NCBI GenBank assembly: GCA_030141605.1
Contig: JAQGDQ010001453.1
Span: 1 to 40,382 of the forward strand
Origin: Tubiluchus corallicola
Lineage: Eukaryota > Animalia > Priapulida
Reading direction: 5' to 3'
DNA: 40,382 bases
Below the pieces are notes generated by a model. It was not told the DNA's origin. It ran no database searches and worked only from the letters and a program-made list of their open reading frames with translations. This document shows positions 21,201 to 30,922 of the stretch, piece by piece. Positions within the stretch are counted from its first letter, which is position 1; the number at the start of each line of letters is the position of its first letter. The position numbers and the translations under genes are program-made.

Positions 21201-22961
21201 TAAACAAAATGTTATTTTTGTTTTTTAGTCAAAATTCTTTAGATGAAAATAACATTGTGGACGAGGACAAACTGGAGTACAATAAAGCGCCACTAGATGG
21301 TGTTGACAGGATAAACGTGGATGATGTAAAACTTCGGAATAATTTGAACTTTTTATACAAGTAAATGTTTTTAAAATTAACATTTTTTTTAAATTAACTT
21401 TGATGAATTTGATAATTAAGAAACGGCACAAAGTGAAGTTTGTGGCTAGACGCTATTGCAGTTCTATGGCTTTGGCAGCTTCAAGATTAGTCCCTATTGC
21501 AGTTCTATGGCTTTTGGCAGCTTCAAGATTGGTCTCTATTGCAGTTCTATGGCTATAGCAGCTACAAGATTAGTCCCTATTGCAGTTCTATGGCTATAGT
21601 AGCTACAAGATTAGTCCCTTTTGCAGTTCTATTGCTATAGCAGCTACAAGATTAGTCCCTATTGCAGTTCTATTGCTAAAGCAGCTACAAGATTAGTCCC
21701 TATTGCAGTTCTATTGCTATAGCAGCTACAAGATTAGTCCCTATTGCAGTTCTATGGCTATAGCAGCTACAAGATTAGTCCCAATTTGCAATTCTGTGGC
21801 TATAACAGCTAAAAAAGTAGTCCCTTTTGCAGTTCTATTGCTCTAGCAGCTGCAAGATTAGTTCCTATTGCTGTTCTGTGGCTATAACAGCTATAGGATC
21901 AGTCCCTATTGCAGTCTATGGCTTTGAAAGCTTCAAGATTAGTCTCTATTGCAGTTCTATGGCTATAGCAGCTGCAAGATTAGTCCCTATTGCTGTTCTG
22001 TGGCTATAGCAGCTATAGGATCAGTCCCTATTGCAGTCTATGGTTTTGGCAGCTTCAAGATTGGTCTCTATTGCAGTTCTATGGCTATAGCAGCTACAAG
22101 ATTAGTCCCTATTGCAGTTCTATGGCTATAGTAGCTCAAGGTTTATGACTAGTATAGTTCTATCGTCCCAGCAGCTATAGGACAAGCACTATTATCAGTA
22201 TGTTATTCACTTGCAAATAAAGATAAATAGCTGACTGCTATCGTGTTTGTTTTTAATGACTGAATTTGAATAAAGCTGGATCTGATCAGTAAGTGGATGG
22301 GTGATGGTCAGGAAAATCACTGCTAGGCAGTTTTGTCAGTCACTAACTTCACTAAGAGAGGATCAGATAAGACACTCCAGACAGTTCAGTATCTCATCTT
22401 GGAGATTTATAATTTATGCTTGGAGATAATAGGTTAAATACCAATAATTGTCAACTTGATAAATGGGTCCTGAATATGAACTTGTGATGTGTGGGACTGT
22501 ATGAAAAATAATGAACTGAAAGATGATCAATGTCATGGTACCAGAAGTGAACAGCCAGGATCAGCATGGCAAACGAAACTACTTAGAGGCAATAGTGAAA
22601 CTCGTTCATTAACTGATCAATTTCACTCTTGTTGCCAACTTCATTTGCCAAGCACATGCCGTGACCATTCAGCTGTTGTCGAAAAGTCGAACCTGGGTTA
22701 CATTTACAGCATTTAGTGTGCAAGGTCAAGGTCAAGGTCAAGTTCACTTAGTCAATCAAATGAATCATGATATAATTCTAACAGAGTGTAAAATAATTTT
22801 CAGTTGTTTGTTTGTTTATTGTCTGATGAACATCCATCTTTTTTTGTTGCAGCAAAACCGGTGGAGACGTGAATCATTACGTCACTAATAACGGTCTGCA
22901 GCATCAGTACGAAGATCCGGAGGTGTTACAGGTGCCAAAATTACCCACTAGCTATCTTTGA
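33..22961 (+). CDS. Non-classical cadherin, CDH23/Cad87A/Cad88C-like (3' part of a spliced gene; 5' exons lie outside the window)
   Basis: GT-AG exons with consistent phases give one open frame: cadherin motifs (DLDHDEN, TDRE, VLDINDQSPVF), membrane-adjacent domain, TM, tail YKRKLRAANAMNFG...PNTNKYAYEGSNPIW...PTSYL*. The tail motifs resemble CDH23/Cad87A/Cad88C as I recall them; exact orthology is not established. Confidence 0.9.
352..892. repeat. 46-47-bp tandem repeat (~11 copies) overlapping the acceptor of exon 878
   Basis: aaacaaggtg recurs at 478, 525, 571, 618, 665, 711, 758, 805, 852. Confidence 0.92.
878..1000 (+). CDS. cadherin exon (VQVMAQDCPSCEPDGQLSIERNITIRVVYDELEIPTFDRND)
   Basis: tacttag acceptor, gtaagt donor, 123 nt, phase 0-0. 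Confidence 0.85.
1627..2129 (-). mobile_element. internally deleted non-autonomous RTE-clade LINE derivative with 19-bp TSD
   Basis: TSD aacattacaatattcacat at 1608-1626 and 2130-2148; (GAA)n 3' tail; peptide KGKVHEEMVRPALIYGLE...EMRMLRWMLGITRRDKIRN typical of the RTE ORF C-terminus; 5' UTR retained. Confidence 0.9.
2047..2129 (-). ncRNA. twister ribozyme core (P1-type, with long P3) at the RTE 5' end
   Basis: Minus strand reads U|AA GCUA GCC ACUG...CAGU GCCGGUCCCAAGCCCGG AUAAA UAGG GAGGG, matching the canonical twister core UAA-P2-GCC...GCCGGUCCCAAGCCCGGAUAAA-P2'-GAGGG. Confidence 0.85.
2309..2435 (+). CDS. cadherin exon (VPPDLELEEH...DSICYDVV)
   Basis: ctttgcag acceptor, gtgagt donor, phase 0-1. 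Confidence 0.85.
2662..2772 (+). CDS. cadherin exon (GGDTGNQF...ETDREIIENYE)
   Basis: caatag acceptor, gtaaga donor, phase 1-1, DRE motif. Confidence 0.85.
2952..3235. repeat. 33-bp tandem repeat (~8.5 copies)
   Basis: unit tattataaaattttgttttaaaagggataagta. Confidence 0.92.
3395..3594 (+). CDS. cadherin exon (LVVRARNC...VLDINDQSPVF...DQIK)
   Basis: tttttcag acceptor, gtaagt donor, phase 1-0, DxND-x-x-PxF calcium-binding linker. Confidence 0.92.
4125..4300. repeat. dispersed repeat copy; inverted relative to ~8435-8615
   Basis: tatgcattagtctg..gtatagagtgatttac..gtaaggttctagctag..gttaaaactg..cgttgtcaagtgt is the reverse complement of blocks at 8440-8570. Confidence 0.7.
4455..4561 (+). CDS. 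cadherin exon (ATSSDLPPFNVITYSIVED...ETS)
   Basis: tttttcag acceptor, gtaagt donor, phase 0-2. Confidence 0.85.
4626..5069. mobile_element. hAT-type MITE
   Basis: TIRs caggggcggaactag / ctagttccggccctg (14/15 match); 8-bp TSD aactaaag at 4618-4625 and 5070-5077. Confidence 0.9.
5689..5836 (+). CDS. cadherin exon (EPFRIDPVTAELYL...VQAVDD...SDVW)
   Basis: attacag acceptor, gtaact donor, phase 2-0, F-x-I-D-x-x-T motif. Confidence 0.88.
7269..7357 (+). CDS. cadherin membrane-adjacent-domain exon (VYLVSEVNQLRFV...QQDFI)
   Basis: ttctag acceptor, gtgagt donor, phase 0-2. Confidence 0.85.
7905..8160. repeat. dispersed repeat copy; inverted relative to ~19590-19812
   Basis: ttttcaaactc..agctcatggaag..gtcatttt..cccagatcttc..tgttttgtagaaac..aacaatggctaac is the reverse complement of blocks at 19590-19800. 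Confidence 0.7.
8867..8953 (+). CDS. cadherin membrane-adjacent-domain exon (ELSRLINAETIVDSV...VSAT)
   Basis: ttttgtag acceptor, gtaagt donor, phase 2-2. Confidence 0.85.
9526..9588 (+). CDS. cadherin membrane-adjacent-domain exon (ISIYTHFVKDGEIAEADVIY)
   Basis: ctttgcag acceptor, gtgagt donor, phase 2-2. Confidence 0.85.
   Translation, partial: DINLHTFCKRRRNCRSRCDL
9725..10048. repeat. compound microsatellite (TCTTA)n-(TCTCA)n-(CCTAT)n-(CTAT)n-(CA)n-(CCTAT)n-(CCCTA)n-(TCTTA)n
   Basis: directly visible. Confidence 0.97.
10718..10815. repeat. 22-23-bp tandem repeat ending at the acceptor of exon 10812
   Basis: agcagcattgttgtttgt(t/a)ttt x4. Confidence 0.85.
10812..10878 (+). CDS. cadherin exon (ILKQNDEQLNPFYEEFRITGVQ)
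   Basis: tttttag acceptor, cag|gtcggt donor, phase 2-0. Confidence 0.82.
10911..11387. repeat. 97-bp tandem repeat (5 copies) containing the acceptor and first ~20 nt of TM exon A
   Basis: ctattata recurs at 10914, 11011, 11108, 11205, 11302. Confidence 0.95.
11368..11495 (+). CDS. transmembrane exon A (DLDRKVHITSPTRVFVLALIITCVLLPLIIVVLICVWCAEVK)
   Basis: accag acceptor, gtaagt donor, 128 nt, phase 0-2, ~23-residue hydrophobic segment. Confidence 0.78.
12102..12232 (+). CDS. transmembrane exon B (RVYVEEVILVDQSHSYLIALIICVVVLCLIIVILLAIWYHEAQ)
   Basis: ccactag acceptor, gtaagt donor, 131 nt, phase 0-2, hydrophobic segment aligning with exon A. Confidence 0.82.
12300..14150. repeat. ~82-bp minisatellite (~22 copies)
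   Basis: unit cagaaattagtacacatttacagtaacacactacagacagttgtgaaagacgttcttttgttgttagtcaagttttcgtgga. Confidence 0.97.
14545..14872. repeat. ~160-bp tandem duplication
   Basis: ttattttgaagtttatttcagcaca...cacgtacagaatttaaaatttc occurs twice. Confidence 0.85.
15465..15505 (+). CDS. cadherin juxtamembrane cytoplasmic exon (KYKRKLRAANAMNF)
   Basis: tttttag acceptor, g|gtaaga donor, phase 2-1, basic stop-transfer motif. Confidence 0.85.
16083..16315. repeat. 72-bp tandem repeat (~3.2 copies)
   Basis: ggctgatgcattgtttcggagtttagtggtcatatga x3. Confidence 0.9.
16983..17178. repeat. ~101-bp tandem duplication
   Basis: acaagtatgcgtagctttgagtgtc...tttaccctaggtagaa x2. Confidence 0.9.
17344..17352 (+). 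CDS. candidate 9-nt microexon (adds AKR)
   Basis: ttgtttatttcag|ctaaacggg|gtgagt; consensus sites, phase 1-1, frame-preserving. Confidence 0.5.
17484..17867. mobile_element. hAT-type MITE with subterminal TTCGA repeats
   Basis: perfect 14-bp TIRs taggggtgagcatt / aatgctcaccccta; 8-bp TSD atttttgt at 17476-17483 and 17868-17875. Confidence 0.92.
19034..19154. repeat. (CATTGT)n / TATCATTGT simple repeat
   Basis: directly visible. Confidence 0.92.
19200..19266 (+). CDS. cadherin cytoplasmic exon (GETMEVDLNTLKTPNTNKYAYE)
   Basis: atttcag acceptor, gtaaga donor, phase 1-2, PNTNKY motif. Confidence 0.88.
20158..20241 (+). CDS. cadherin cytoplasmic exon (GSNPIWMEQDYDNPGFEEHEHEDEDDSI)
   Basis: tttgcag acceptor, ag|gtgaca donor, phase 2-2, G-x-NP-x-W motif. 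Confidence 0.85.
21229..21360 (+). CDS. cadherin cytoplasmic exon (SQNSLDENNIVDEDK...NLNFLY)
   Basis: ttttttag acceptor, aa|gtaaat donor, phase 2-2. Confidence 0.75.
21452..22142. repeat. 41-bp tandem repeat (~17 copies)
   Basis: unit ctattgcagttctatggctatagcagctacaagattagtcc. Confidence 0.93.
22853..22961 (+). CDS. cadherin terminal exon (KTGGDVNHYVTNNGLQHQYEDPEVLQVPKLPTSYL*), class I PDZ ligand
   Basis: tttttgttgcag acceptor, phase 2, TGA at 22959-22961, S-x-L C-terminus. Confidence 0.82.
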
Positions 22962-23151
22962 TGAACGGGAAATGTTTTGCAGGCCAAAGCATGAAAACCT
23001 AGAGTATTATGTGCCGAGATGCTTAGTTATTGTTGCACAGATTAAATTAATCGTGATCGTTTGTTTTATACATGTTGTAAATTTTGTAAATCTGTATTCA
23101 CGTGTAAATAGAAAATTGTTAATAATTTGTAAGCAGTGTTGAAATTTTAAT

Positions 23152-23157
23152 AATAAA
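23152..23157 (+). terminator. candidate polyadenylation signal of the cadherin gene
   Basis: AATAAA ~190 nt after the stop codon; the region is AT-rich so this is not unique. Confidence 0.4.
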
Positions 23158-25057
23158 TGATTAGTGGTGCGTAGTATGCAAACCAATGTAACCTTGCACT
23201 AGGTCACACTACTTGTCGCGAAATTATTTAGATGTATGGATGCCACTTGTTGTGAACATTTTAGTAATGTATATTAATTGTATCATTTGGGGGTGCTATT
23301 TTCAAAAAAGAGGGATCATAATTTGGTGTCGTATAGCAATCAGTTTGTATTTTTACATAATAGTATCATAATGTGCAGCAACTAAATTTCGTTGCAATGA
23401 GATTTAATTATCAGTCTTCAAATTACATGTATGGATGTGAATTATGCTTTTCTAAGTTATGCAGCACAATTATTGTGAGCAAAATCTTGCCAAATTATGG
23501 AAACATTGATTATTGCTAATACCATTTTTGCTCATTTACTAACTGCAAACCTGCGAGGACAATCGTGATCATGAAAATTATTTTTATTAGCAGCAAACTG
23601 TCAACAAGATACTGAAATTTGTAATTAAAATTGTGTTTCTCATACATTTTCTAATTTAATGTTTAATAAAACAGTATTTCGCAGAAACTATTTAAATTTA
23701 TTATTTGGTGCATAAGACAATTTACACCAGTTTATTAAAAGAATGACATAATTATCGCAATTTGAAAGTCACTGTGACATCAAACATTTTTTAAGGCATC
23801 AACAGCAAGCCAAGAGAATTGGCAAAGACATAGTTTTGAAAATGGTCATCATATGAATGAGTTAATTTATCACACATTAGCATGTATGCTACATACAAAT
23901 ATAGATATGTGACCAATTCCAATATAATGGGAACATAAATTCAGTAAATTAAGATCTATTTGTGAGAAATATCAATTAGGAATCTGAAAATTCATCTGGC
24001 AAGCCGTTTCATGGACTCACTTTGGTACGGAAGTATTTTGACAAAATTAAACGACTGAGTCAATTAGCTGACGGGTTTAGCACATTACTACTATAGGAGT
24101 ATGAGTCGTCATTCATCACCTTAGTATGCATCGTAAAGGATTTAAATGAGTTTTTGAGAATTAGTGTCAAAATTCCTATGTACAATTGTTATTTAAATGG
24201 ATTATATAATGTATATAAGTGGATTATATAATATCATATAATTTATATAAGTGGATTAATAAAAAAAGAAACTGAATATCACCACTAAAAATTAGAAAAA
24301 TTAGTTACTTCATTTTTTTACGAAGAAATTGATTTTTGAAATTCTCAAACTGATAAAAATGTTGAAAATCTGTTGCTGTATATATTCATGCAAAACACAT
24401 AGCGCTTGAACTGCAGTTGGTGATGACTTCGTAAAAAACAGCAGGAGATTCAAAAGGGAATCGCTGGTCAAGTGATTAAATGTTTAGCATCCAGAAAGGA
24501 GGTTAATTGCAGCAGACAAGTGGGCGACAGATTCAAGACAAACTGCTAGGCTAGCATATCAGCGCATCTGATGAACCACAACTGCTTATATAAACAAAGC
24601 TGTACGTATCATGACCGTTTCTATGTAAGGATGTGAAGATTGATGTAAAGATGGTCAACGTAAAAGCAGCAAAAGTTCTTTGGGTAAACAAGCATCTTAA
24701 GTGCGTAAACAAAAATGTTAATAAATAATGCAGAATTATTTGAGTCAATTACTGGCAGTTTTTGCATACATCTGAATAGGAGCGGCGCCCGTACCAAGCG
24801 ATTTTGAGTCAGTTAACCTTGAGTCTAACAAACGGTGGCTACTGCACTAAGCAGAAAAATCTAGACTTCTACCAATCAGATATAGCATGCATTTCAAAAC
24901 TAGTAGTTTATATGTTGACAAGATGATTGTGAGCTACACAAAGTTCTCTTACATTACAGTCTTACACAGACATATTTTTTTCATTCAGTATAGATAGTCG
25001 TCATCGATTTACGACCACAATTGGTTCGGGTGGATTGTAGTCGTAGGACGTTTATTC

Positions 25058-25355
25058 AAGTGGTACACCCCTACATGCAAGCCAGTGTGGTGGTGCACCC
25101 CTACATGCAAGCAAGCGTGGTAGTGCACCCCTACATGCAAGCAAGTGTGGTGGTGCACCCCTACATGCAAGCAAGCGTGGTAGTGCACCCCTACATGCAA
25201 GCAAGTGTGGCGGTGCACCCCTACATGCAAGCATGGTAGCGCACCCCTACATGCAAGCAAGTGTGATGGTGCACCCCTACATGCAAGCATGGTAGTGCAC
25301 CCCTACATGCAAGCGTGATGGTGCACCCCTACATGCAAGCAAGTGTGGTGGTGCC
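25058..25355. repeat. 26-30-bp tandem repeat (~10 copies)
   Basis: unit gtggtgcacccctacatgcaagcaagtgtg. Confidence 0.93.
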
Positions 25356-25538
25356 TATGATGAATTTATCGAAACAGATAAAGGTTTTAAGTCGTCAACT
25401 GCCTGTAGTGCAAAATATCAGTACATGGAATTTTCAGGTGAACATTTGCCCAAACTCAGACAAATTCATATTAATATAATTTTGTTCTTAGCACTGATCA
25501 CCTCTCTATGACTCTTTATTTTTTGAAACAGGTTTTTA

Positions 25539-26570
25539 TTACAGAGAAATAATTTCTTGCACATTCTCACTCTCAATGTTCACATGATTAACGGCAGTCC
25601 TGATCACATCTCCATGACTTGTTTTGTGCCGTAACAGACTTTTATTGTGTAGGAACGACTTCTTGCATTTATCGCACTTGTAAGGCTTAATCTTCCTGGT
25701 CATTTCATCGTGGTTTCTCATGTGTTTCAACAGGCTTTTGTTGTGTAAAAATGACTTTTTGCACTTATCACACTTGTAAGGTTTAACGTCCTTACATTTG
25801 TTCAATTGCGAATTAATGTCTTTGTTGTTTTGGTCACTGGCGCATGGTTTTCTTTTCGTATGATGAATCGACATATGTCCTCCCAAGCTTTGCTTCGAAG
25901 AAAACGGTTTGCCACATTCGTGGCAATTGTAATGTTTCAATGCACATTTGCCTGGTTTGGCACTGTTTTCTTTTTTGTGGCTCAAAGCCATATGTCCTCT
26001 CAAGCTTTGCTTTGAAGAAAATGATTTACCGCATTCTCGACAATTGTAAAGTTCCAATTCACTTGTCTGTGACTTTTCTGTTGCGTGTTTAGCTGTGGCA
26101 TGGTCTGCCAGAGATTTCTCTTGTGTAACCACGCGCTTGTAAGATTTCACCATGTGTTCTGATGGTTTCCGTTTTGTAAGATGGTGAGCAGCTACGTGTC
26201 CCCCAAGGTGTTGTTTTACCGAAAATGATTTGCCGCATTCGCGGCACTTGTAAGGATTTAATTCAAATTTTGAAATGGGTTTTGAAATTAAGTGTCCAGC
26301 AGGTTTATGCTTGACACGCGAAAGTACTTTACCAGACTTGACGCTTTTGTAAGGCTTTGGAATTGCACCGCTGCGATTAGTGTACTTGGAAATTGAGCTG
26401 TCATGAAAAGGAGAATTGCATTTGTAATGTTTCACATGTGAATGACTTCTCATGTGAACCACCAAACTGTACTCAGTGTAAAAAGATTTTGTGCATCTGG
26501 TGCACTTAAAAGGTTTGAAAGGTTTGCGAGCGAGTGTGGAAAGCAGATAGTGACCAGTGAACATTTTCAT
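25539..26570 (-). CDS. C2H2 zinc-finger protein, single coding exon, six recognisable fingers plus degenerate ones
   Basis: 343-aa ORF with C-x2-C-x12-H-x3/4-H fingers (CTRC, CREC x2, CHEC, CDKC x2) and KPYKC linkers. Confidence 0.88.
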   Translation of the reverse strand: MKMFTGHYLLSTLARKPFKPFKCTRCTKSFYTEYSLVVHMRSHSHVKHYKCNSPFHDSSISKYTNRSGAIPKPYKSVKSGKVLSRVKHKPAGHLISKPISKFELNPYKCRECGKSFSVKQHLGGHVAAHHLTKRKPSEHMVKSYKRVVTQEKSLADHATAKHATEKSQTSELELYNCRECGKSFSSKQSLRGHMALSHKKENSAKPGKCALKHYNCHECGKPFSSKQSLGGHMSIHHTKRKPCASDQNNKDINSQLNKCKDVKPYKCDKCKKSFLHNKSLLKHMRNHDEMTRKIKPYKCDKCKKSFLHNKSLLRHKTSHGDVIRTAVNHVNIESENVQEIISL

Positions 26571-26716
26571 TCAATGTTTAGATGTGCTTCATATAACCAA
26601 ACATGAATATCCAACAATGCTGTGCTCTGCCATTTTTGCTATATCAGTGACTGTTACATGGCACAGTTTTATCCTACTAACATTTTTTACTCCACTGTAG
26701 TTTGCATACCATGGAT

Positions 26717-26972
26717 CTGAAAGAAAACATACATCAGTCTTGATCAGACAAAACGTAACACTGCCGTCTATATGTGTTCACGATTTTTTTCCATATTTTT
26801 GTAGTTTTGACATCCCCATAAAATACCGCACCTCCTACTTTTTCTGGTCTATTGTTTGTCTTCACGCCTGCAGGCCAGAAAGCAGACCAACAGGCGTAAT
26901 ATGCACCATATTCCCATAATATTATAGGTTTTTAAGCGTTAAAATTTCAGATTAAAGTCATACATTACTTAC
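26717..26972 (-). other. probable 5'-UTR intron of the zinc-finger gene
   Basis: minus-strand gtaagt donor at 26972 and ttttctttcag acceptor ending at 26717. Confidence 0.55.
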
Positions 26973-27019
26973 CGTCACAACACACAAAAGGCTCCACGTG
27001 AATAACTGTGTTTACACAC

Positions 27020-27058
27020 TAATGCGCAAGCGCTGCCTCGCAGTGACGTAATGGCCCT
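27020..27058 (-). promoter_or_regulatory. candidate promoter motifs of the zinc-finger gene (NRF1-like tgcgcaagcgc, CRE/ATF-like tgacgtaa)
   Basis: motif cluster just upstream of the putative first non-coding exon. Confidence 0.35.
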
Positions 27059-27130
27059 AAACCTGTATTTTTAGTTTCTTTACATAATGTATGATTATAA
27101 TGTTGCAGCCACGGGAGTTTGTATAGATTA

Positions 27131-27688
27131 CAGTGTTCCCTCGCTACTTCGCTGTTCGTTTATCGCGGACTCGCAGGTTTTTAAAAATATTAATGTAAAA
27201 TATTCATCGCGGTCTTTTCGCTCTTTCGCGGGTTTTTGCGGTACTCCATCTAAAGTATTTTTGCACATGCGTAGTACGTATTGTACTGTAATGTATACAT
27301 TTGATGAATTTTCCAAAAAAAATCACAAAATGTATAAACATATATTAAAAATATTGATTCTAACATTAAAGAATATTATAAATCATAAAAATTACCATTT
27401 ACAGTAAATAGTGTATTTATTCGGCAGATGACAATGAAGCAAGACCATCGACATCGAGTGCTTCTCACACCAAGGGCTGGTTTGATAAATTTCAGAAGCG
27501 CTATGGACTTAAGAGTGTTCCTCTGCATGGAAAGACTGCCTCTGCCGATAAAGCTGTGTGGGGAGGGTTTATAAAAACTTGAAATAATATATAACTACTA
27601 AGATAAGTATAACGTCCATACTTCGCGGAAATTCATTTATTGCGGGTGGGCTTGGAACGGAACACCCACGATAAGTGAGGGGACACTG
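27131..27688 (+). mobile_element. Tigger/pogo (Tc1/mariner superfamily) internally deleted DNA transposon
   Basis: TA-flanked imperfect TIRs cagtgttccctcgct.. / ..agtgaggggacactg; internal remnant KGWFDKFQKRYGLKSVPLHGKTASAD (~27470-27555) typical of the CENP-B-type HTH region of Tigger transposases. Confidence 0.88.
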
Positions 27689-30600
27689 TATATAATAATT
27701 AATTACAGGCCTACAAATCTGTTTTTCATGTATGTTAAGTTGTAACAGAAAACAAGTTGCTTTCAATATTAAAAATATGTATGTTTGTTTTTATTGTATT
27801 TTCCAGCTATTTTTTATTAATCTTACCATTATCACCACCTATCAAACCGTCACTATCATCACTACCATCAGGTGTATTTTTCTTGTTCTCTTTCTTCTTC
27901 TTCTTCTTCTTGTTCCTATTCTTGCAGTTGTTGTTGTTGTTCTGTTTCTCTGTCTGTCTGTTGCTGCTGCTCTTTTTATTTTTCTTGTTTTTGTTTTTGT
28001 TCTTGTCCTTTTTGTCCTTAATTGTTGTCTCTGTCTGTTTGTCATTGTTCTTGTCCTTGTTGTGTCTGTCTGTTGCTGCTCTACTTCTTCTTTTTCTTTT
28101 GATTCCTCTTGTTGTTTTTCTTCAATCCTTCAGGAATCATCTTTTTCTTTTGGAAAGGTTAAAATTATTTATTGCATATGGGACTACACGTATGCAGGTG
28201 TTCGGTTTTTTCAAATGTCCTGATATCCCGAGGGGTGAGGTTTTTTAGGTGAATTAAAATTAGAAAGCTGCCCAATTGAAAAAAAAATCATAAAATGATG
28301 GCTTGTGTAGAACTTGCCTTGCCATCAAATGTATTCATATGCAGTAAGTGACAAAAAGCGATAATATTTTGTGGTCGCACAAACCCCTAAAACTAATGAG
28401 TGAGCCATTGTTTTAAGTATACAGTAAATAAAACAGTAGGCGGGGGTGGCGGCTGTGAGCATACGGAGAGAGTATTTATTTGGCAGCAATGCAAATAATT
28501 ATACTTCATTTACAACAATGCTAAAATAAAAGGTTATGCTAAATATAATGCTTTTTGTATGCAGAAACTGTAACAAAAATTTTTTTTATTAGTTTTCCAC
28601 TACCCTCCCCCGTCCTCCTGGGCCCCTATGGTAACTTGAATTTTTTGCATACTTTTGCTACAACGGAATTCGATGTTTAAAAACGCAATTGCTTGTGTCT
28701 ACAGTGACTTTTAGTGTGATGAAAACAATTATAATTACAGTGTATTGTCAGTACTAAATTTTTGATGCGTTTGAAGTTAAACAAATTTTAACCTATTTAA
28801 TTTTATGTGTTGAAAAACTGTGAGCAATTACTGTTTCTTATAATTAAAAATATGGCAGTGGCAGCTAATCGACGCCCTGATAGAAACGTGTTTGTTAATC
28901 TGACATTGATAAAAATGGGGTCAAGATTCCGGGGAAATATTGTGGACAATATAAATTGGTGCAGGCAATATGGTTTGCCATGAATGGACCAACAAATCGG
29001 CAAATGTTTGGAGATTATTTAATTGGATACATGTGGGATCAGCGTTTCGGTGAAACCGCATTTTTTAATTTTTGGTTTCAAGTCGCAGATCAACTGTACG
29101 TTGTTTAATTCTTCTTTTTAACTGAAGTTCACGAAATTTTGAAGTTACAATTGCGTTTCTTTATTGTTCTTTGATTGGTGTTTTGAGTTGTTGCATTCTT
29201 CATTACTGGCGAAATCTCGTTTACTACGTCTGCACAAGAAAACAAAAACACACAATTGTTGGAAATCAATGTTTATTCAAGTTCGATTAGAATGGATAAT
29301 CCACGTAGGAACTGTTTTAGCCGTAAACGTGTAATAATCGCTCGTTTTTTAATATGGATCTTATGAAAAGCTGACTCAGTAACTGCTTGTGGTGTGTTAT
29401 TAAATGCGTTGTTAAAATGTTGCGTGTTCTCGTTAATAGGACGTTTTCCTGTAATTATACATTTAGTTTAAACATCATTTATGGGAGTATACATGCAGAA
29501 TAAAAGTATCTGATTTGTTTAAATGCAAAAATTGTTTATTTACAATACATTTGGCATTTGAAAAAATATTGACACAATATACACAATAAGGAATATTTAC
29601 AGCACAAAGAATTTATGGAATGTATATAACAAAAATGAAAAAGATATTACACAAATTACAAGAAACCACACAAATTTATACATAATGAATATGAAAAAAG
29701 CATCAAATTAATCAAAAAATATCAATTCAGAAGGTTTATCAAAAGTAATTTACGAATTATTTTGGGGGGCGGTTACCAAAATCGGTTGTAAAAAATCGTG
29801 ACCCTACAAGGGTTAAGCAAAACGTACCATTTCATAATCAAACCAACTCTAGATAAACAAATAGGTGCCTAGCATTTAAAAAAAAGCGAAAAGTTCTTTT
29901 CTAGACACAGTTAACTTATGAATTCTTGACACACATACTAACATTACATGGGTAAACATAAAAACACTGAATATAGTGCCAGCTGTTACACTATGAGAAA
30001 TCTTACTTTCACGTGTTAGTTAGGCAACATGTGACCCGGCCACATTTCTATACAAAAATCATTAATGCAATTTCACACGAATCAAGACTTAAACAACTTC
30101 TTAAACAATCCATTATATAATGAATTTTACTAAATTTTTATTAGGAACATCCAACGTTTCTACTGCAAACTAGCAGTCATCATCAAGTGTATCAACAGTC
30201 ATGTGATCATTTTATCAAGCAATTTATTCACAATGGAGAAAAAGAATATCAAGTCAAAAAACTCCAATTTACATTTCTAGAGAATAACAATCTGTATTTA
30301 CATATTTACACAATTGTGTAGTTATAGCAGTGGTTATACTATGAGTTAAGCTGCTATATTATGTACTTATGAAGGCTCGGTAACTGGACCCATGGAGGAC
30401 TCCGTATTTTTCTTACGATCATTATTATGTTCATTAAAATATATGTAAAAAAATGTTCAAAACGTTCCAAATATGTTCAACTGAACATTTCTTTGATGTT
30501 CAAAAATGTTCATTCTAATATTGAGAAGAATTTAAAGCTGATTCAAGACAACTTCTCCTGTTATGAGCAAAAATATGCATTTTAATGTCAGCAACAAGGT

Positions 30601-30787
30601 AAAACTGATTCAACGCAGTTTCTCTTTGGAGGTTATAAGCAAAAATATTTATTTCAATGTTGGCAAGTTAAAAGCCAGTGCAAGACAGCTTTGTACTGGG
30701 AGGATGTGCCAAGTCAAAAGCAAGATGACCCAAATTTCTCTCGGGAGGCTTGGAGAATTACGTTTCAATTTGAACGTTAATTGCTAA

Positions 30788-30922
30788 AAACTATTTATTA
30801 AGCTGCAGTATGTTAAGTTAGTTGCACTGTATCATATACAAGGTGTGCACAAAAACTATTTATTAAGCTGCAGTATGTTAAGTTAGTTGCACTGTATCGT
30901 ATACAAGTTGTGCATAAAAACT
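30788..30922. repeat. ~65-bp tandem duplication
   Basis: aaaactatttattaagctgcagtatgttaagttagttgcactgtatc x2. Confidence 0.85.

Noticed and set aside
21358-21364. In-frame stop on read-through of the donor (FLYK*), giving a PDZ-less isoform
   Set aside because: GTAA donors often create such stops; there is no independent evidence for intron retention.
25058-25355. CRISPR-like ~30-bp periodic repeat
   Set aside because: Units are head-to-tail with no unique spacers, no cas genes, and the context is eukaryotic; it is a minisatellite.
27732-28248. Two 163-aa hydrophobic ORFs resembling membrane proteins
   Set aside because: They are the antisense reading of A-rich low-complexity sequence; hydrophobicity follows from T-richness.
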